DNA of 64,000 nucleotides from Myxococcota bacterium (GTDB lineage: Bacteria; Myxococcota_A; UBA796; CAJQPC01), in NCBI GenBank assembly GCA_036229005.1, contig JAZAMN010000003.1:32001-96000 (forward strand). Reading direction: 5' to 3'. Position numbers and translations under genes: made by a program. The notes under the pieces are model-generated. The model did not search any database. It saw only the letters and a program-made list of their open reading frames with translations, and had not been told where the DNA came from. Positions 1 through 9,760 of this stretch are shown one piece after another; within the stretch, counting starts at the first letter, position 1, and each line of letters starts with the position of its first letter.

Positions 1-147
1 GTCGCCGGGCTGGCGGTCCTTGCGTCATTGGCCTGGGGCTGGGACCTCGCCGTTGTAACCTTGAGCGCGACCACCGCCTGGGCGCTGGTGCCCCTGGTCT
101 TCCTTCGCCTCCGCGGCGAAGCCCCCAAGCGCTGAAAGGAGCCTGTC

Positions 148-1212
148 TTGGAGATCTCCCTCAAGGGAACCTCCCCCGCCGCCCTCGTCGCCGGGATCCT
201 GCTGCTGTCGCGCGCCCGGAGCTTCGGCATCCCGGGGGTGCGGGTGCAGATCGTCGGAGACCCCGACACCATCACGCCCGTGCTGGGGCCCGCCATCCTG
301 CACTCCAACGTGCTGGCGTCCTGCGGCGTCGGCCGGGAGGACGGTCACGGACCCCTGGTCATCGTCCCCGGGGCGGCGAACCTGCCTCTGCTGGCCTCGC
401 TCTCGCGGGAGGGGCTGGGGCCTTGGTTCCAGCTCGACACCCAGGGCGGTGGCTGCCACCCGGCGACCCAGGCCTTCGTGCGGCTGGCCCGGGATCGACG
501 CCCCGCTGCCCGAACGCGCTCCCGACAGCTCCGCCGCGCCCTGGCGACCCTGGGGATCCCCCCGGAGCCCGCGCTGCTCGACCTGCTCTTCGACGCGCCC
601 GCGCCGGCCCTCACCCGCCTGGCCCTCGCTCTGCGCGCCGGTCGCAGCATGGAGGGGGACAGCTCCCAGTCGTGGCAGCGGTGGGGAGCCCACTGTCAGG
701 GGACCCCACCCGATCCCATCGACCTCCCCGGCGGGATGGTGCTGGAGCGCTTCGCAGCCGGGGACCTGGAGCCCTGGCTGGCGCGTCTGTCGCTGGGGGC
801 GCGCGACCAGGTGGAAGACTGGCTGGTCGGCATGTCCGAGCTCGCCGAAGCCGACGGTGGGCGCGACCATGAGCTGGTCGGGGCGCTGGCCCAGGTGGTC
901 TCCCAGGCCCTCCTGCTCCCCCAAGGCGCCATGCTGCCGCCGCCCTCTGGCGCCGAAGACCTCATCGCCACGGGGCTCGTCCGGGCGCTGGGGGCGACCC
1001 GCGGTGAGCCAGACGCCAACCAGGCTCTGCTCCAGGTCTTCCGCTTCCTGGGCGGGCGCTTCGTGGAGCACGCCGCATACCCGGTGGACCTTGGCGCCAA
1101 CCCCGAGCCCCAGGACCGCCTGAGCCGCTGGAAGTGGTTCGTGGACTCCGTGCAGCAGGCGGCGACCCTGGCGGACAGCTTGTGGGCGGGGCTGATGGAT
1201 CCCGCGAGCTGA
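148..1212 (+). CDS. Hypothetical protein, 354 aa; N-terminus resembles a degenerate dinucleotide-binding beta-alpha-beta motif
   Basis: TTG start preceded by AAAGGAG; GC-rich third codon positions; stop overlaps next ATG (TGATG); N-terminus ISLKGTSPAALVAGILL. Confidence 0.75.
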   Translation: MEISLKGTSPAALVAGILLLSRARSFGIPGVRVQIVGDPDTITPVLGPAILHSNVLASCGVGREDGHGPLVIVPGAANLPLLASLSREGLGPWFQLDTQGGGCHPATQAFVRLARDRRPAARTRSRQLRRALATLGIPPEPALLDLLFDAPAPALTRLALALRAGRSMEGDSSQSWQRWGAHCQGTPPDPIDLPGGMVLERFAAGDLEPWLARLSLGARDQVEDWLVGMSELAEADGGRDHELVGALAQVVSQALLLPQGAMLPPPSGAEDLIATGLVRALGATRGEPDANQALLQVFRFLGGRFVEHAAYPVDLGANPEPQDRLSRWKWFVDSVQQAATLADSLWAGLMDPAS

Positions 1213-1889
1213 TGCGCACCTCCGTCCTGCTCCCCGTGTTGGATGAGCGGCGACTGCTCCCGCAGCGGCTGGCTGAGCTGGCCACCGCGCGCCCGCATCA
1301 GGTCATCGTGATCGACGGGGGCTCCTCTGATGGGACCCAGGAGATCGCGGCTGATGGGGCCTGCGAGCTCGTGCGCTCACCGCCTGGCCGGGGGACCCAG
1401 ATCAACGCCGGAGCACGCGTGGCCACCGGCGAGGTGCTGCTGATCCTGCACGCAGACGTGCGCCTGCCCGTGGGGTGGGAGCAGCACATCTGCGCTGCCC
1501 TCGAGGATCCCAGCGTGGTCGCGGGCGCCTTCAAGACCTGGCACGTCCCCGAGAGCCGGACCCTCCTGAGCCCCCTCTTCCACCTGGCCGATCTGCGCTC
1601 GCGGGTGACCGCGCGGCCCTACGGTGATCAGGCCTTCTTCGTCCGGCGGCGTGTGTTCGAAGAGGTGGGAGGTTGCCCGGATCAACCCCTGTTCGAGGAT
1701 CTGGAGCTCTCCCGGCGGGTGGCGCGGCGGGGGAAGATCCGACTGGTGGACGCCCGGGTGGAGGTCAGCGCCCGGCGCTTCCAGGCCGCCCCCCTCAAGT
1801 ACCTGCTGCTCATGAACAGCCTGCCCGGGCTCTACCGCGCCCGCGTCCCCCTCCGACTGCTGCAGCGGGTCTACGGGCAGATCCGCTGA
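1212..1889 (+). CDS. Glycosyltransferase family 2 (TIGR04283-like)
   Basis: SVLLPVLDE, VIDGGSSDGT, GRGTQINAGA, LHAD, YGDQAFFVRR and FEDLELSRR motifs; ATG overlaps upstream stop. Confidence 0.88.
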   Translation: MRTSVLLPVLDERRLLPQRLAELATARPHQVIVIDGGSSDGTQEIAADGACELVRSPPGRGTQINAGARVATGEVLLILHADVRLPVGWEQHICAALEDPSVVAGAFKTWHVPESRTLLSPLFHLADLRSRVTARPYGDQAFFVRRRVFEEVGGCPDQPLFEDLELSRRVARRGKIRLVDARVEVSARRFQAAPLKYLLLMNSLPGLYRARVPLRLLQRVYGQIR

Positions 1890-1906
1890 GCGAGCCGCCC
1901 CAGGGC

Positions 1907-1935
1907 CTCAACAAGCGCCGCGCGCTGACCGATGG
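1907..1935 (+). promoter_or_regulatory. Candidate sigma28 (FliA/WhiG)-like promoter CTCA-N18-CCGAT upstream of porin-MCP operon
   Basis: CTCA at 1907-1910 and CCGAT at 1929-1933; same spacing recurs upstream of the CheA-like gene. Confidence 0.35.
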
Positions 1936-1958
1936 GTCCACCAAGGTGCGGAGGTCAT

Positions 1959-2700
1959 GTGTTGAGCCTGCTCAGCCTGTGCGCGGCGAGCGGACGGGCC
2001 CAAGAACCCATGTCGGCCAGCGGCGGAGTGGGTCTCTATTCGCACTACAGCTTCCGCGGAGTGAACTACTTCGGCTCCAGCCTGCCGGACAACCCCGCCA
2101 TGCTCCTGGCCCCTTGGGCCGAGGTCGGTCGCGGCGGCTGGACGCTCGGATGGTGGTCGGGCCAGCAGGTCGGAGGCGCAGACCGCGTCGCCCTGGCTGA
2201 GGGGGGCGTCGGGGCGGAGCAGGACCTCTACCTGGGCTGGTCCGCAGATCTGGGGCACAGCGCATCGCTGTCGGCCACCGGCACCGCCTATTGGTACCCC
2301 CGGAGCACCAAGGCGGCCTCGGGCGCCGACGCCGCGCTCTGGCTGGAGCCCTCGGTGGCCTTGAGCTGGGGCCAGGCGCTGAGGTGGTCTGCCGGCGCGG
2401 CCTGGTATCAGGGGGTGCAGCCCAACCTGCGGCCCTGGTCCTATGGGTACCTCTCCAGCAGCGTGGGGCACAGCGTCCCTGTGGGGGAGGGCGGCGCCCT
2501 CGAGCTCGGCCAGCGGCCTCAAGGCCCCCCGCGAGTCCATGCTGTGGACCTCCAACACCTTCGACGCCACGCTCAGCGCGGGTGTCGCCTTCGACCTCGG
2601 CCCTGTGAGTGTGCAGCCGGCCGCCAACCTCACCTTCACCAACGGAGAGGCATGCAGCGAGCGCTTTGGCTGGCTCGGCATCGACCTCTCCGCGTCCTGA
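1959..2700 (+). pseudogene. Outer-membrane beta-barrel (TorF-like putative porin) interrupted by a frameshift near 2508
   Basis: GGAGG then GTG at 1959; YSHYSFRG and EQDLYLGW motifs with amphipathic strands up to ALELG; the barrel-like C-terminus (TFDATLSAGVAFDLGPVSVQPAANLTF...GWLGIDLSAS*) continues in the +1 frame and stops 9 nt before the MCP. Confidence 0.7.
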
Positions 2701-2709
2701 GAGCGCACC

Positions 2710-4824
2710 ATGTTCAAGAACCTGAGCCTCGGCATCCGGGCGGCAATGCTCGTGGTCATCGCCGTGGTGGTCCCTGCATCCATCACGCTGTGGACCGGGA
2801 TCAACGCCGCCTCCAAGGCGCTCGACGCCAAGGCCGCCGACCAACTCACCGCCATCCGGACCATCAAGCTCACGCAGGTGGAGCGCTGGTTCCAGGGCTG
2901 CCTGGATGACCTGGAGACCGTCTCGGAGCTGCCCGAGGTGCGCGATGCCTTCGTCGCCTACAGCGAGGCCTACCCCGCGGGCGTCGCCAGCCCCGAGTAC
3001 GAGCAGGTCCAGGGTGAGTTCGATGCGCTGCTCGCGGGCTTCTCCCGGCGGCATGCCTTCTACGACCTCTTCCTGATCACGCCCCAGGGGGACATCGTCT
3101 ACACCGCGGAGCACGAGGCCGACTTCGCCACCAACCTCTCCAGCGGTCCCTACGCGGACTCGGATCTGGCCGCCGCCTGGCGGGGGGCCCTGGCCGGGGA
3201 GGAGGTCCTCACGGACTTCGAGCCCTACGCCCCCAGCAACGACGATCCCGCCGCCTTCATCGCCCGGCCTCTGCTCCAGGGAGGGGAGGTCATCGGCGTG
3301 GTCGCGCTGCAGCTCCCCGTGGACCGCCTCAACGCCATCCTCCAGGAGCGCGCTGGCTTGGGCGAGTCTGGAGAGACCTACCTGGTGGGCGCCGACCAGC
3401 TGATGCGCACCGACTCCCGCTTCACCAAGGAGAGCACCCTGCTCCAGCTCGCCGTCGACACCGAGGGCGTGCGGGAGGGCCTGCAGGGCAGCGCGGGCGT
3501 GAAGGTCATCGACGACTACCGCGGGGTCCCCGTCTGGAGCGCCTATGCGCCGTTGGATGTGGCCGGGCTGGACTGGGTGCTGCTCGCAGAGATCGACGAG
3601 GCCGAGGTCGACGCCCCGGTGGTCTCCCTCCGCCGCACCGGCCTGCTCACCCTTGTCCTGCTCTCCTTGGGCTTCGGTGGCGCCGGCTTCTTCGCCTCCC
3701 GGTCCATGTTCAGCCCCCTGACGGGGATGGCCAAGGCGACCCAGGCGATGGCTGCCGGCGACTTCTCGCACACCGTGGAAACTGATCGCACCGACGAGAT
3801 CGGAGTCAGTCTGGTGGCCTTCGAGGAGATGCGGGAGCACCTCCAGCAGCTCCTGGGTGAGGTCCGCCAGGTCGTCACCGCGGCCGGTCGAGGAGACCTC
3901 AGCGGGCGGATCAACCAGAGCGCCTACGAGGGGGAGTACGCCACCCTGGCCGGCCTGGTGAACCAGATGGTGCAGAGCTTCGCGGACCCCATCTCCCAGG
4001 TCGTGGCCAGCGCCAAGAAGGTGGGGCACTCGGCCGAGGAGATCCAGAGCCAGAGCGAGAGCATCGCGCAGGGGGCCAGCGAGCAGGCCGGCTCCCTGGA
4101 GGAGACCGCGGCCTCGATGGAGGAGATCAGCGGGATGACCCAGCGCACTGCCGCCAACACCCAGGTCGCCCGGCAGCTCACCGAGGGCACCCTGGAGTCG
4201 GTGCGCGAAGGCGAGGCCGTCGTCGGCGAGATGGTCAGCTCCATGGACGAGATCCGCAGCTCCGCCAAGAACACCGCGGAGATCATCAAGTCCATCAACC
4301 AGATCGCCTTCCAGACCAACCTGCTCGCCCTCAACGCTGCCGTCGAGGCGGCCCGAGCGGGTGAGGCTGGCCGCGGCTTCGCGGTGGTCGCCGAGGAGGT
4401 GCGCAACCTCGCGCTGCGCTCCAACGAGGCCGCCCAGCGCACCGAGAGCCTCATCCACGAGTCGGTCGCTCTGGCCGAGCGCGGTCAGGGCCTCTCCGAG
4501 CGGGTGCGCACCCAGCTCGCCGCCATCGTGGACAAGGTCGACAAGGTCACCGGCGTGGTCGCCGAGATCTCCGCGGCCAGCGAGGAGCAGGCGCGCGGGG
4601 TGGCCCAGGTCACCCAGTCCATGTCCGCCATGGACCAGGTCGTCCAGAACGCCGCCGGAGCCGCTGCCGCATCCTCTGCGTCCGCCGAGCAGCTCAACAC
4701 CGAGGCCGCCGAGATGCAGCGGGCCATCGCCCACTTCCAGGTGGGCGGGGCGAACCCGGCGAGCCCCCAGCCGGTCAGCAGCGGCTTTGACGACGACAGC
4801 GTCTGGAGTGAGTTCGCGGCCTGA
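2710..4824 (+). CDS. Methyl-accepting chemotaxis protein (2 TM, Cache-type sensor, HAMP, signalling domain)
   Basis: [15 protein letters not shown] and GETYLVG Cache motifs; [48 protein letters not shown] hairpin. Confidence 0.97.
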   Translation: MFKNLSLGIRAAMLVVIAVVVPASITLWTGINAASKALDAKAADQLTAIRTIKLTQVERWFQGCLDDLETVSELPEVRDAFVAYSEAYPAGVASPEYEQVQGEFDALLAGFSRRHAFYDLFLITPQGDIVYTAEHEADFATNLSSGPYADSDLAAAWRGALAGEEVLTDFEPYAPSNDDPAAFIARPLLQGGEVIGVVALQLPVDRLNAILQERAGLGESGETYLVGADQLMRTDSRFTKESTLLQLAVDTEGVREGLQGSAGVKVIDDYRGVPVWSAYAPLDVAGLDWVLLAEIDEAEVDAPVVSLRRTGLLTLVLLSLGFGGAGFFASRSMFSPLTGMAKATQAMAAGDFSHTVETDRTDEIGVSLVAFEEMREHLQQLLGEVRQVVTAAGRGDLSGRINQSAYEGEYATLAGLVNQMVQSFADPISQVVASAKKVGHSAEEIQSQSESIAQGASEQAGSLEETAASMEEISGMTQRTAANTQVARQLTEGTLESVREGEAVVGEMVSSMDEIRSSAKNTAEIIKSINQIAFQTNLLALNAAVEAARAGEAGRGFAVVAEEVRNLALRSNEAAQRTESLIHESVALAERGQGLSERVRTQLAAIVDKVDKVTGVVAEISAASEEQARGVAQVTQSMSAMDQVVQNAAGAAAASSASAEQLNTEAAEMQRAIAHFQVGGANPASPQPVSSGFDDDSVWSEFAA

Positions 4825-4844
4825 GCGCAGGCGGACAGGGAGCG

Positions 4845-5732
4845 CTACCCGCCCGTGGCCCAGGCCCCACCGGCCTCGGGCTCAAAGGCCTGCCCGTCAA
4901 AGGCGAAGCGCTCCACCCCCGTCAGCGCCCCGTCCTGCACCTCGTAGACGCAAAAATGCGCGGTGCGGCCCTTGTCCGGCAGGAAGGCGTAGCCGCCGGC
5001 CCCCGGGTTGAGGATGTCGATGTCCGGGCCCTCCGGGTTGGGCAGCGCCGTGCGGAAGCCGTGGTGTTCGTGGCCATGGAGGATGGCCCCGACCCGGTGC
5101 GCGTGGCGCAGGAGCACGGCCTCCAGGGCGGCGGCGTTCTTGATGTTCCGGGTGTCGGGCCCGTAGGGTTCGCCCCGGCGGCCGCGCAGGGGGTAGTGCA
5201 CCATCAGGAACACAAAGCGCCCGTCCAGTTGGGGGGAGGCGAGGAGCTGATCCAGGCGCTCGAGCTGCTCTGGGTCCACCTCTCCAGTCGAGAGGATGGG
5301 CCTGTGCCTGCAGACGTCCACCCCGATGAACGCGAGGTCACCGTGAAGATGAAGCCGCGGCCAGGGGCCGCTCCCGGTCCACTCCCCAAAGTGGCGCTCG
5401 ATCCAGCGCTCTGCCTGGACCTGGGCCACGTAGGTGTCGTGGTTTCCGGGGATCAGCACCGAGGGCTGCGCCTCGAACATGGGGCCCAGCAGCTCCCGGG
5501 CCGCCAGGAACTCCGCCTCGGAGGCCAGGGCGGTCAGGTCACCGGTGCAGGCCAGCAGGTCAGGCTTCTGGGCCAGCACCGCGTCCACCAGGGCGCTCTG
5601 GGCGGCCGCCGTGAAGTGGCTGCGGCGTCCGGCCAGGTAGAGGTTCGCGGCCCCCAGGGCCCGCTTGCCAAAGAGCTCGCTGAGCTTGGGGGCGCGCTGG
5701 ACGTGGATGTCGGTGACGTGGGCGATTCGCAT
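4845..5732 (-). CDS. Calcineurin-like metallophosphoesterase (Icc/CpdA-like)
   Basis: DIH, TGDLT, PGNHD, VHYP and HGHEH motifs. Confidence 0.93.
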   Translation of the reverse strand: MRIAHVTDIHVQRAPKLSELFGKRALGAANLYLAGRRSHFTAAAQSALVDAVLAQKPDLLACTGDLTALASEAEFLAARELLGPMFEAQPSVLIPGNHDTYVAQVQAERWIERHFGEWTGSGPWPRLHLHGDLAFIGVDVCRHRPILSTGEVDPEQLERLDQLLASPQLDGRFVFLMVHYPLRGRRGEPYGPDTRNIKNAAALEAVLLRHAHRVGAILHGHEHHGFRTALPNPEGPDIDILNPGAGGYAFLPDKGRTAHFCVYEVQDGALTGVERFAFDGQAFEPEAGGAWATGG

Positions 5733-5796
5733 GCCCTGGACCTATCCTCTGGGAGGGGGGGCTGGGAGCGGATAGGTGCCCGGGACAGGAGACCGA

Positions 5797-6435
5797 ATGT
5801 CTGACCCCCGCACCCTGCTGGACAAGGCCGCGCAACAGCGGCAGCCCCTCAAGCTCCGCTCCAAGGCGGGGGAGTGGGTGAGCGCCCGCGTGGTGCGCGT
5901 GGAGAAGGGCGGCGTGGTGGTCGCGCTCGAGAAGCCCCGCTTCACCAGCGGCGAGGACCTGCGGGCCTGGATCTCGGTGGACGGCACCCCCTACACCTTC
6001 TCGGCCTCGGTGCTGCGCGATGGCGTGCCCATCCCCGACCGCAGCCGGGCGGGCCTGCTGCTGGGCTACCTGGAGGGCTTCGAGGAGGGGCGGCCGGAGC
6101 CCCGGTCCAAGGGCAGCGCCAAGACCAACTCGGCGCAGATCGAGGTGCTCCCCGCCGCCGGCCGCGGCCTGCGCCTGCTCGGTGGCGATGTGCGCCTGGT
6201 CGAACTCAGCGTCAAGCAGCTCGCCTTCGCGGTCCCTCAGCGCATCGCCCTCAAGTTCGTCGAGGGCAGCAGCGTGCGCGTGCGCATGCGCACCGAACAG
6301 GGCGTGGTCTGCGTGGCCGAGGGGGAGATCCGCCGCCTGGTGCGGGACGAGGGCCACTACCTCTACGGCCTGCACTTCACCCAGGTCCAGGACCCGGCGC
6401 TGCACCTGCAGGTGGTCAGCGCTCTGGTTCGCTGA
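5797..6435 (+). CDS. PilZ/YcgR-like two-beta-domain protein
   Basis: AGGAGA RBS; C-terminal LVELSVKQLAF...GEIRR...YGLHF resembles a PilZ barrel with degenerate DxSxxG; YcgR-like N-domain. Confidence 0.6.
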   Translation: MSDPRTLLDKAAQQRQPLKLRSKAGEWVSARVVRVEKGGVVVALEKPRFTSGEDLRAWISVDGTPYTFSASVLRDGVPIPDRSRAGLLLGYLEGFEEGRPEPRSKGSAKTNSAQIEVLPAAGRGLRLLGGDVRLVELSVKQLAFAVPQRIALKFVEGSSVRVRMRTEQGVVCVAEGEIRRLVRDEGHYLYGLHFTQVQDPALHLQVVSALVR

Positions 6436-6500
6436 AGCCGGGGGGTTCGCTGAAGCAGGCGGGTCCGCTGAAGCAGGCGGTCCGCTGAGCGGGCCGCTCA
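6426..6500. repeat. Imperfect tandem repeat of about 18 bp (CGCTGAAGCAGGCGGGTC, 3-4 copies)
   Basis: ttcgctgaagccgggggg / ttcgctgaagcaggcggg / tccgctgaagcaggcgg / tccgctgagcggg, between convergent stops. Confidence 0.7.
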
Positions 6501-6620
6501 GTCCTTGGGGGGAGGGGACTTCATCGCCCGCCAGACCATGCCTCCGATGAACAGGGGCATGACGACGAGGAACGCGACCGTCCCCCAGATGAGCACGGAA
6601 TCAATCAACGGGTCAGACAT
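6498..6620 (-). CDS. Small single-TM membrane protein, 40 aa (MSDPLIDSVLIWGTVAFLVVMPLFIGGMVWRAMKSPPPKD), absent from ORF track
   Basis: GGAGG 5 nt before ATG; one hydrophobic span followed by a basic tail; fills an otherwise empty gap. Confidence 0.75.
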   Translation of the reverse strand: MSDPLIDSVLIWGTVAFLVVMPLFIGGMVWRAMKSPPPKD

Positions 6621-6780
6621 GACAACCTCCACAAGGGGGCCCTGCGTGGCGCGGCCCCTCGCGGCATATGTCTGCAAGCCCAGTGCCAGTGAGGCCTCCT
6701 CAAGGGTCTGATCTCGCTCAGCAATCCCGGGGGCTGTGTGTGTGGGAAGCCCCGCTGGGGCTGTGCGGGATGCCCCAGAG

Positions 6781-6841
6781 CACAGAAGGCGCCCCCGAAG
6801 GGACGCCCTCTCTCAGCGCGAAGCCCCGAAGGGCCACCGCG
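6781..6841 (-). terminator. Tandem C(UUCG)G hairpins immediately after cysNC; probable terminator or stability element
   Basis: Minus strand GCGGTGGCCC-TTCG-GGGCTTCGC then GAGGGCGTCCC-TTCG-GGGGCGCCTTC followed by TGTG; weak U tract. Confidence 0.65.
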
Positions 6842-6844
6842 GAC

Positions 6845-8698
6845 TCAGTGGGTGGGCCGCTCGAACTGCCCGGCCTTGTCCAGGAAGTCGATGACCTGGT
6901 CCACCGCGTCGCTCAGGCGCACATCGTCCAGGGCGATGGTGAGCTCGGGCTCGCGGGGCGGCTCGAAGTCGTCCACCTTGGCGTCGGGGCGACGCTCGCG
7001 GCAGATCTCCGGGTCGGTGTTCACGTAGATCTGCATCACGCGGTCGGCGCCCACCTTCTCCCGCAGGTGCCGGCGGTCGTCCCGGTGGTAGGCCGGGTAC
7101 GCGCAGATGGTGATCAGGCCGGCGTCCGTGGCGGCCTTGCAGGCGGCCAGGATGGCGTTGAAGTCGTTGCCGCTGGGGTCCACCACGGTCGCGGTGCGGC
7201 CGTCGTCGAAGAGGCGACGCTCCAGCGCGTAGGCCAGGTGCCAGCGACCGGAGCCGGGCAGGCCAGTGAGCCAGATGGTGGCGCCCTTCTGGCCCAGGCG
7301 GTCGTGGCGCTCCCGGGGGGAGACCTGGGTGTTGGCGCGCATCGCGGAGCCCGCGCGGGCCTCCTTGAGCAGGGCCTCCAGGTCCTGACGCTCGGCGCCC
7401 AGATCCGCGATCATGCCGGCGGCGACGGTGTTGTTCGTGCCGGAGTCGATCAGGATGAACGAGCCGGTGTTCCGGTTGTTCGTGTACGGGTCGGTGTAGA
7501 GCGCCCGGGTGCAGGACAGGGTCACGCGGCCGATGTCGTTCAGATCCATGCCGGTGGCGGCGTGGTCGTCCTCCATCGTCTCCATGTCCTTGACCCAGTG
7601 CACGTCGGCCACCTGCGCGCGCACCGTCTGGGTGGTGTGCTTGAGCAGGTAGGACTTCTGGGGGTCCAGGGAGGTCTCGGACATCCAGACCAGGTGGGCC
7701 TCGACCTTGCGTTCCACGCGGGGCAGGTTGTCGGCCTTGACCAGCATGTCGCCGCGGGAGATGTCGATCTCATCGTCCAGGCGGATGGTCACGGACTGGG
7801 GCACGCGGGCGCCCTCGGAGGGCTCTCCGTGGATGTCCACGGCCTTCACGGTGCTGGTCTTGCCGGAGGGCAGGGCCATGACCGCGTCGCCGGGCTTGAT
7901 GGAGCCGGAGGCGATCTGGCCCGAGAAGCCGCGGTAGTCCAGGTTGGGGCGCAGCACGTTCTGCACCGGGAAGCGGAAGTCCTCGGTGTTCAGGTCCGCG
8001 TCCACCGGCACCGTCTCCAGGTAGGACAGCACGCTGTGGCCGTCGTACCAGGGGGTCTTCTCGCTGGGGCCCACCACGTTGTCGCCCTTGAGGGCGGACA
8101 CCGGGAAGAAGTAGACATCCTTGAAGTTCAGCTCGCCGGCCACCTGCTTGAAGTCGGCCTTGATGCGCTCAAAGACCTGTTGGTCGTAGGAGACCAGGTC
8201 CATCTTGTTCACGCACACTGCCAGGTGGGGGATGCCCAGCAGGCTGGCGATGAAGGCGTGGCGCTTGGACTGCTGCAGCACGCCCAGGCGGGCGTCGATC
8301 AGGATGATGCCGACATCCGCCGTGCTCGCGCCGGTCACCATGTTCCGGGTGTACTGCACGTGCCCGGGGGTGTCCGCGATGATGAACTTGCGGGCGTCGG
8401 TGGCGAAGTAGCGGTAGGCCACGTCGATGGTGATGCCCTGCTCGCGCTCGGCGCGCAGGCCGTCGGTGAGCAGGGAGAAGTCGATCTCCTCGCCCTCGAT
8501 GTTCGAGGCCTTCTTCACGGCCTCGAGCTGGTCCTCGTAGACCATCCCGGTGTCGTGCAGCAGGCGGCCGATAAGGGTGCTCTTCCCGTCGTCCACGGAG
8601 CCCACAGCGACAAAGCGAAGCTGCTCCTTGTACTCGTAGCGGGAGAGGTAGGCGTGGATGTCGGAGCGGATCAGCTCCGCGTCGGTGGTCTTGGCCAT
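6845..8698 (-). CDS. cysN: Sulfate adenylyltransferase large subunit fused to a degenerate APS kinase domain (CysN/CysC)
   Basis: GSVDDGKSTLIGRLL, EREQGITIDVAYRYF, DTPGH, NKMD, GSFILID; C-terminal TIWLTGLPGSG APS kinase-like domain. Confidence 0.96.
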   Translation of the reverse strand: MAKTTDAELIRSDIHAYLSRYEYKEQLRFVAVGSVDDGKSTLIGRLLHDTGMVYEDQLEAVKKASNIEGEEIDFSLLTDGLRAEREQGITIDVAYRYFATDARKFIIADTPGHVQYTRNMVTGASTADVGIILIDARLGVLQQSKRHAFIASLLGIPHLAVCVNKMDLVSYDQQVFERIKADFKQVAGELNFKDVYFFPVSALKGDNVVGPSEKTPWYDGHSVLSYLETVPVDADLNTEDFRFPVQNVLRPNLDYRGFSGQIASGSIKPGDAVMALPSGKTSTVKAVDIHGEPSEGARVPQSVTIRLDDEIDISRGDMLVKADNLPRVERKVEAHLVWMSETSLDPQKSYLLKHTTQTVRAQVADVHWVKDMETMEDDHAATGMDLNDIGRVTLSCTRALYTDPYTNNRNTGSFILIDSGTNNTVAAGMIADLGAERQDLEALLKEARAGSAMRANTQVSPRERHDRLGQKGATIWLTGLPGSGRWHLAYALERRLFDDGRTATVVDPSGNDFNAILAACKAATDAGLITICAYPAYHRDDRRHLREKVGADRVMQIYVNTDPEICRERRPDAKVDDFEPPREPELTIALDDVRLSDAVDQVIDFLDKAGQFERPTH

Positions 8699-9609
8699 TA
8701 GAAGTAGCCCTCCCGCTTCTTGCGCTCCATGGAGCCGTCCTCGTCGAAGTCGATCAGGCGGCCCTGCCGCTCAGACCAGGTGGTGGTCAGCATCTCCTGG
8801 ATGACCTCAGGCACCGTCGCCGCAGTGGACTCCACCGCGCCGGACAGCGGGTAGCAGCCCAGGGTGCGGAAGCGGACGTCCTTCATGACGGGCTCTTCCC
8901 CGTCCTTGAGGCGCATGCGCTCGTCGTTGACCATGATCCAGGTGCCGTCGCGCAGCACCATCGGGCGCTTCTCGGACAGGTACAGGGGCACGATGTCGAT
9001 GCCCTCGCGCTCGATGTAGAGCCAGATGTCCAGCTCGGTCCAGTTGGAGAGCGGGAACACGCGCACGCTCTCACCCTTGCGGATGCGGGTGTTGTAGTTG
9101 GACCAGAGCTCCGGGCGCTGGTTCTTGGGGTCCCACTGGTGGAAGCGGTCGCGGAAGGAGAAGATGCGCTCCTTGGCGCGGCTGCGCTCCTCGTCCCGGC
9201 GGGCGCCACCGAATGCGCAGTCGAACCCGTACTTGTTGAGCGCCTGCTTGAGGCCCTCGGTCTTCATGATCCCCGTGTAGTGGTTCGACCCGTAGTCGAA
9301 GGGGTTCATGTTCTGCTTCACGCCGTCCTGGTTGATGTGGACGATGAGGTCGATGCCGTTCTTCCGCGCGTACTCATCGCGGAAGGTGATCATCTCCTTG
9401 AACTTCCAGGTGGTGTCCACGTGCAGGAAGGGGAAGGGGGGCTTCCCGGGCGCGAAGGCCTTGAGGGCCAGGTGCGCCATCACGCCCGAGTCCTTGCCGA
9501 TGCTGTAGAGCATCACCGGGTTCTCGAACTCCGCGGCGGCCTCGCGGATGATGTGGATGCTCTCTGTCTCGAGCTGCTGCAGGTGGGTCAGTCTGTCTTG
9601 GAGTGACAT
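8698..9609 (-). CDS. cysD: Sulfate adenylyltransferase subunit 2
   Basis: [56 protein letters not shown]; stop overlaps cysN ATG. Confidence 0.98.
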   Translation of the reverse strand: MSLQDRLTHLQQLETESIHIIREAAAEFENPVMLYSIGKDSGVMAHLALKAFAPGKPPFPFLHVDTTWKFKEMITFRDEYARKNGIDLIVHINQDGVKQNMNPFDYGSNHYTGIMKTEGLKQALNKYGFDCAFGGARRDEERSRAKERIFSFRDRFHQWDPKNQRPELWSNYNTRIRKGESVRVFPLSNWTELDIWLYIEREGIDIVPLYLSEKRPMVLRDGTWIMVNDERMRLKDGEEPVMKDVRFRTLGCYPLSGAVESTAATVPEVIQEMLTTTWSERQGRLIDFDEDGSMERKKREGYF

Positions 9610-9760
9610 GGTGGTCCGGGGTCGCAGGGGATGCCTGGTGGCACAGGCGGGGGGGACTACTAGCGTCCACCGGGGCCTGTTGCCACCTGTGGGTTGACAG
9701 GGGGGGCTCACGAATATGGCGTCCAGGCGGGCGCTCTGCGCCCTGCACGGTCACTGCACG

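Noticed and set aside
1..28. Possible start of a minus-strand gene (MTQGPPARR) running off the left edge
   Set aside because: Too little sequence to support; no clear SD
1932..2909. 325-aa ORF as a single intact gene
   Set aside because: After about 2510 it becomes Arg/His-rich nonsense and overlaps the MCP by 200 nt; better explained by a frameshift
1972..4734. 920-aa minus-strand ORF, and similar long antisense ORFs such as 23282-27721, 52470-55145, 6668-8701 and 31890-33953
   Set aside because: Shadow ORFs opposite well-supported genes; expected in high-GC DNA, with no recognisable motifs
6426..6500. Possible mini-CRISPR array
   Set aside because: Units are about 18 bp and adjacent, with no unique spacers and no cas genes
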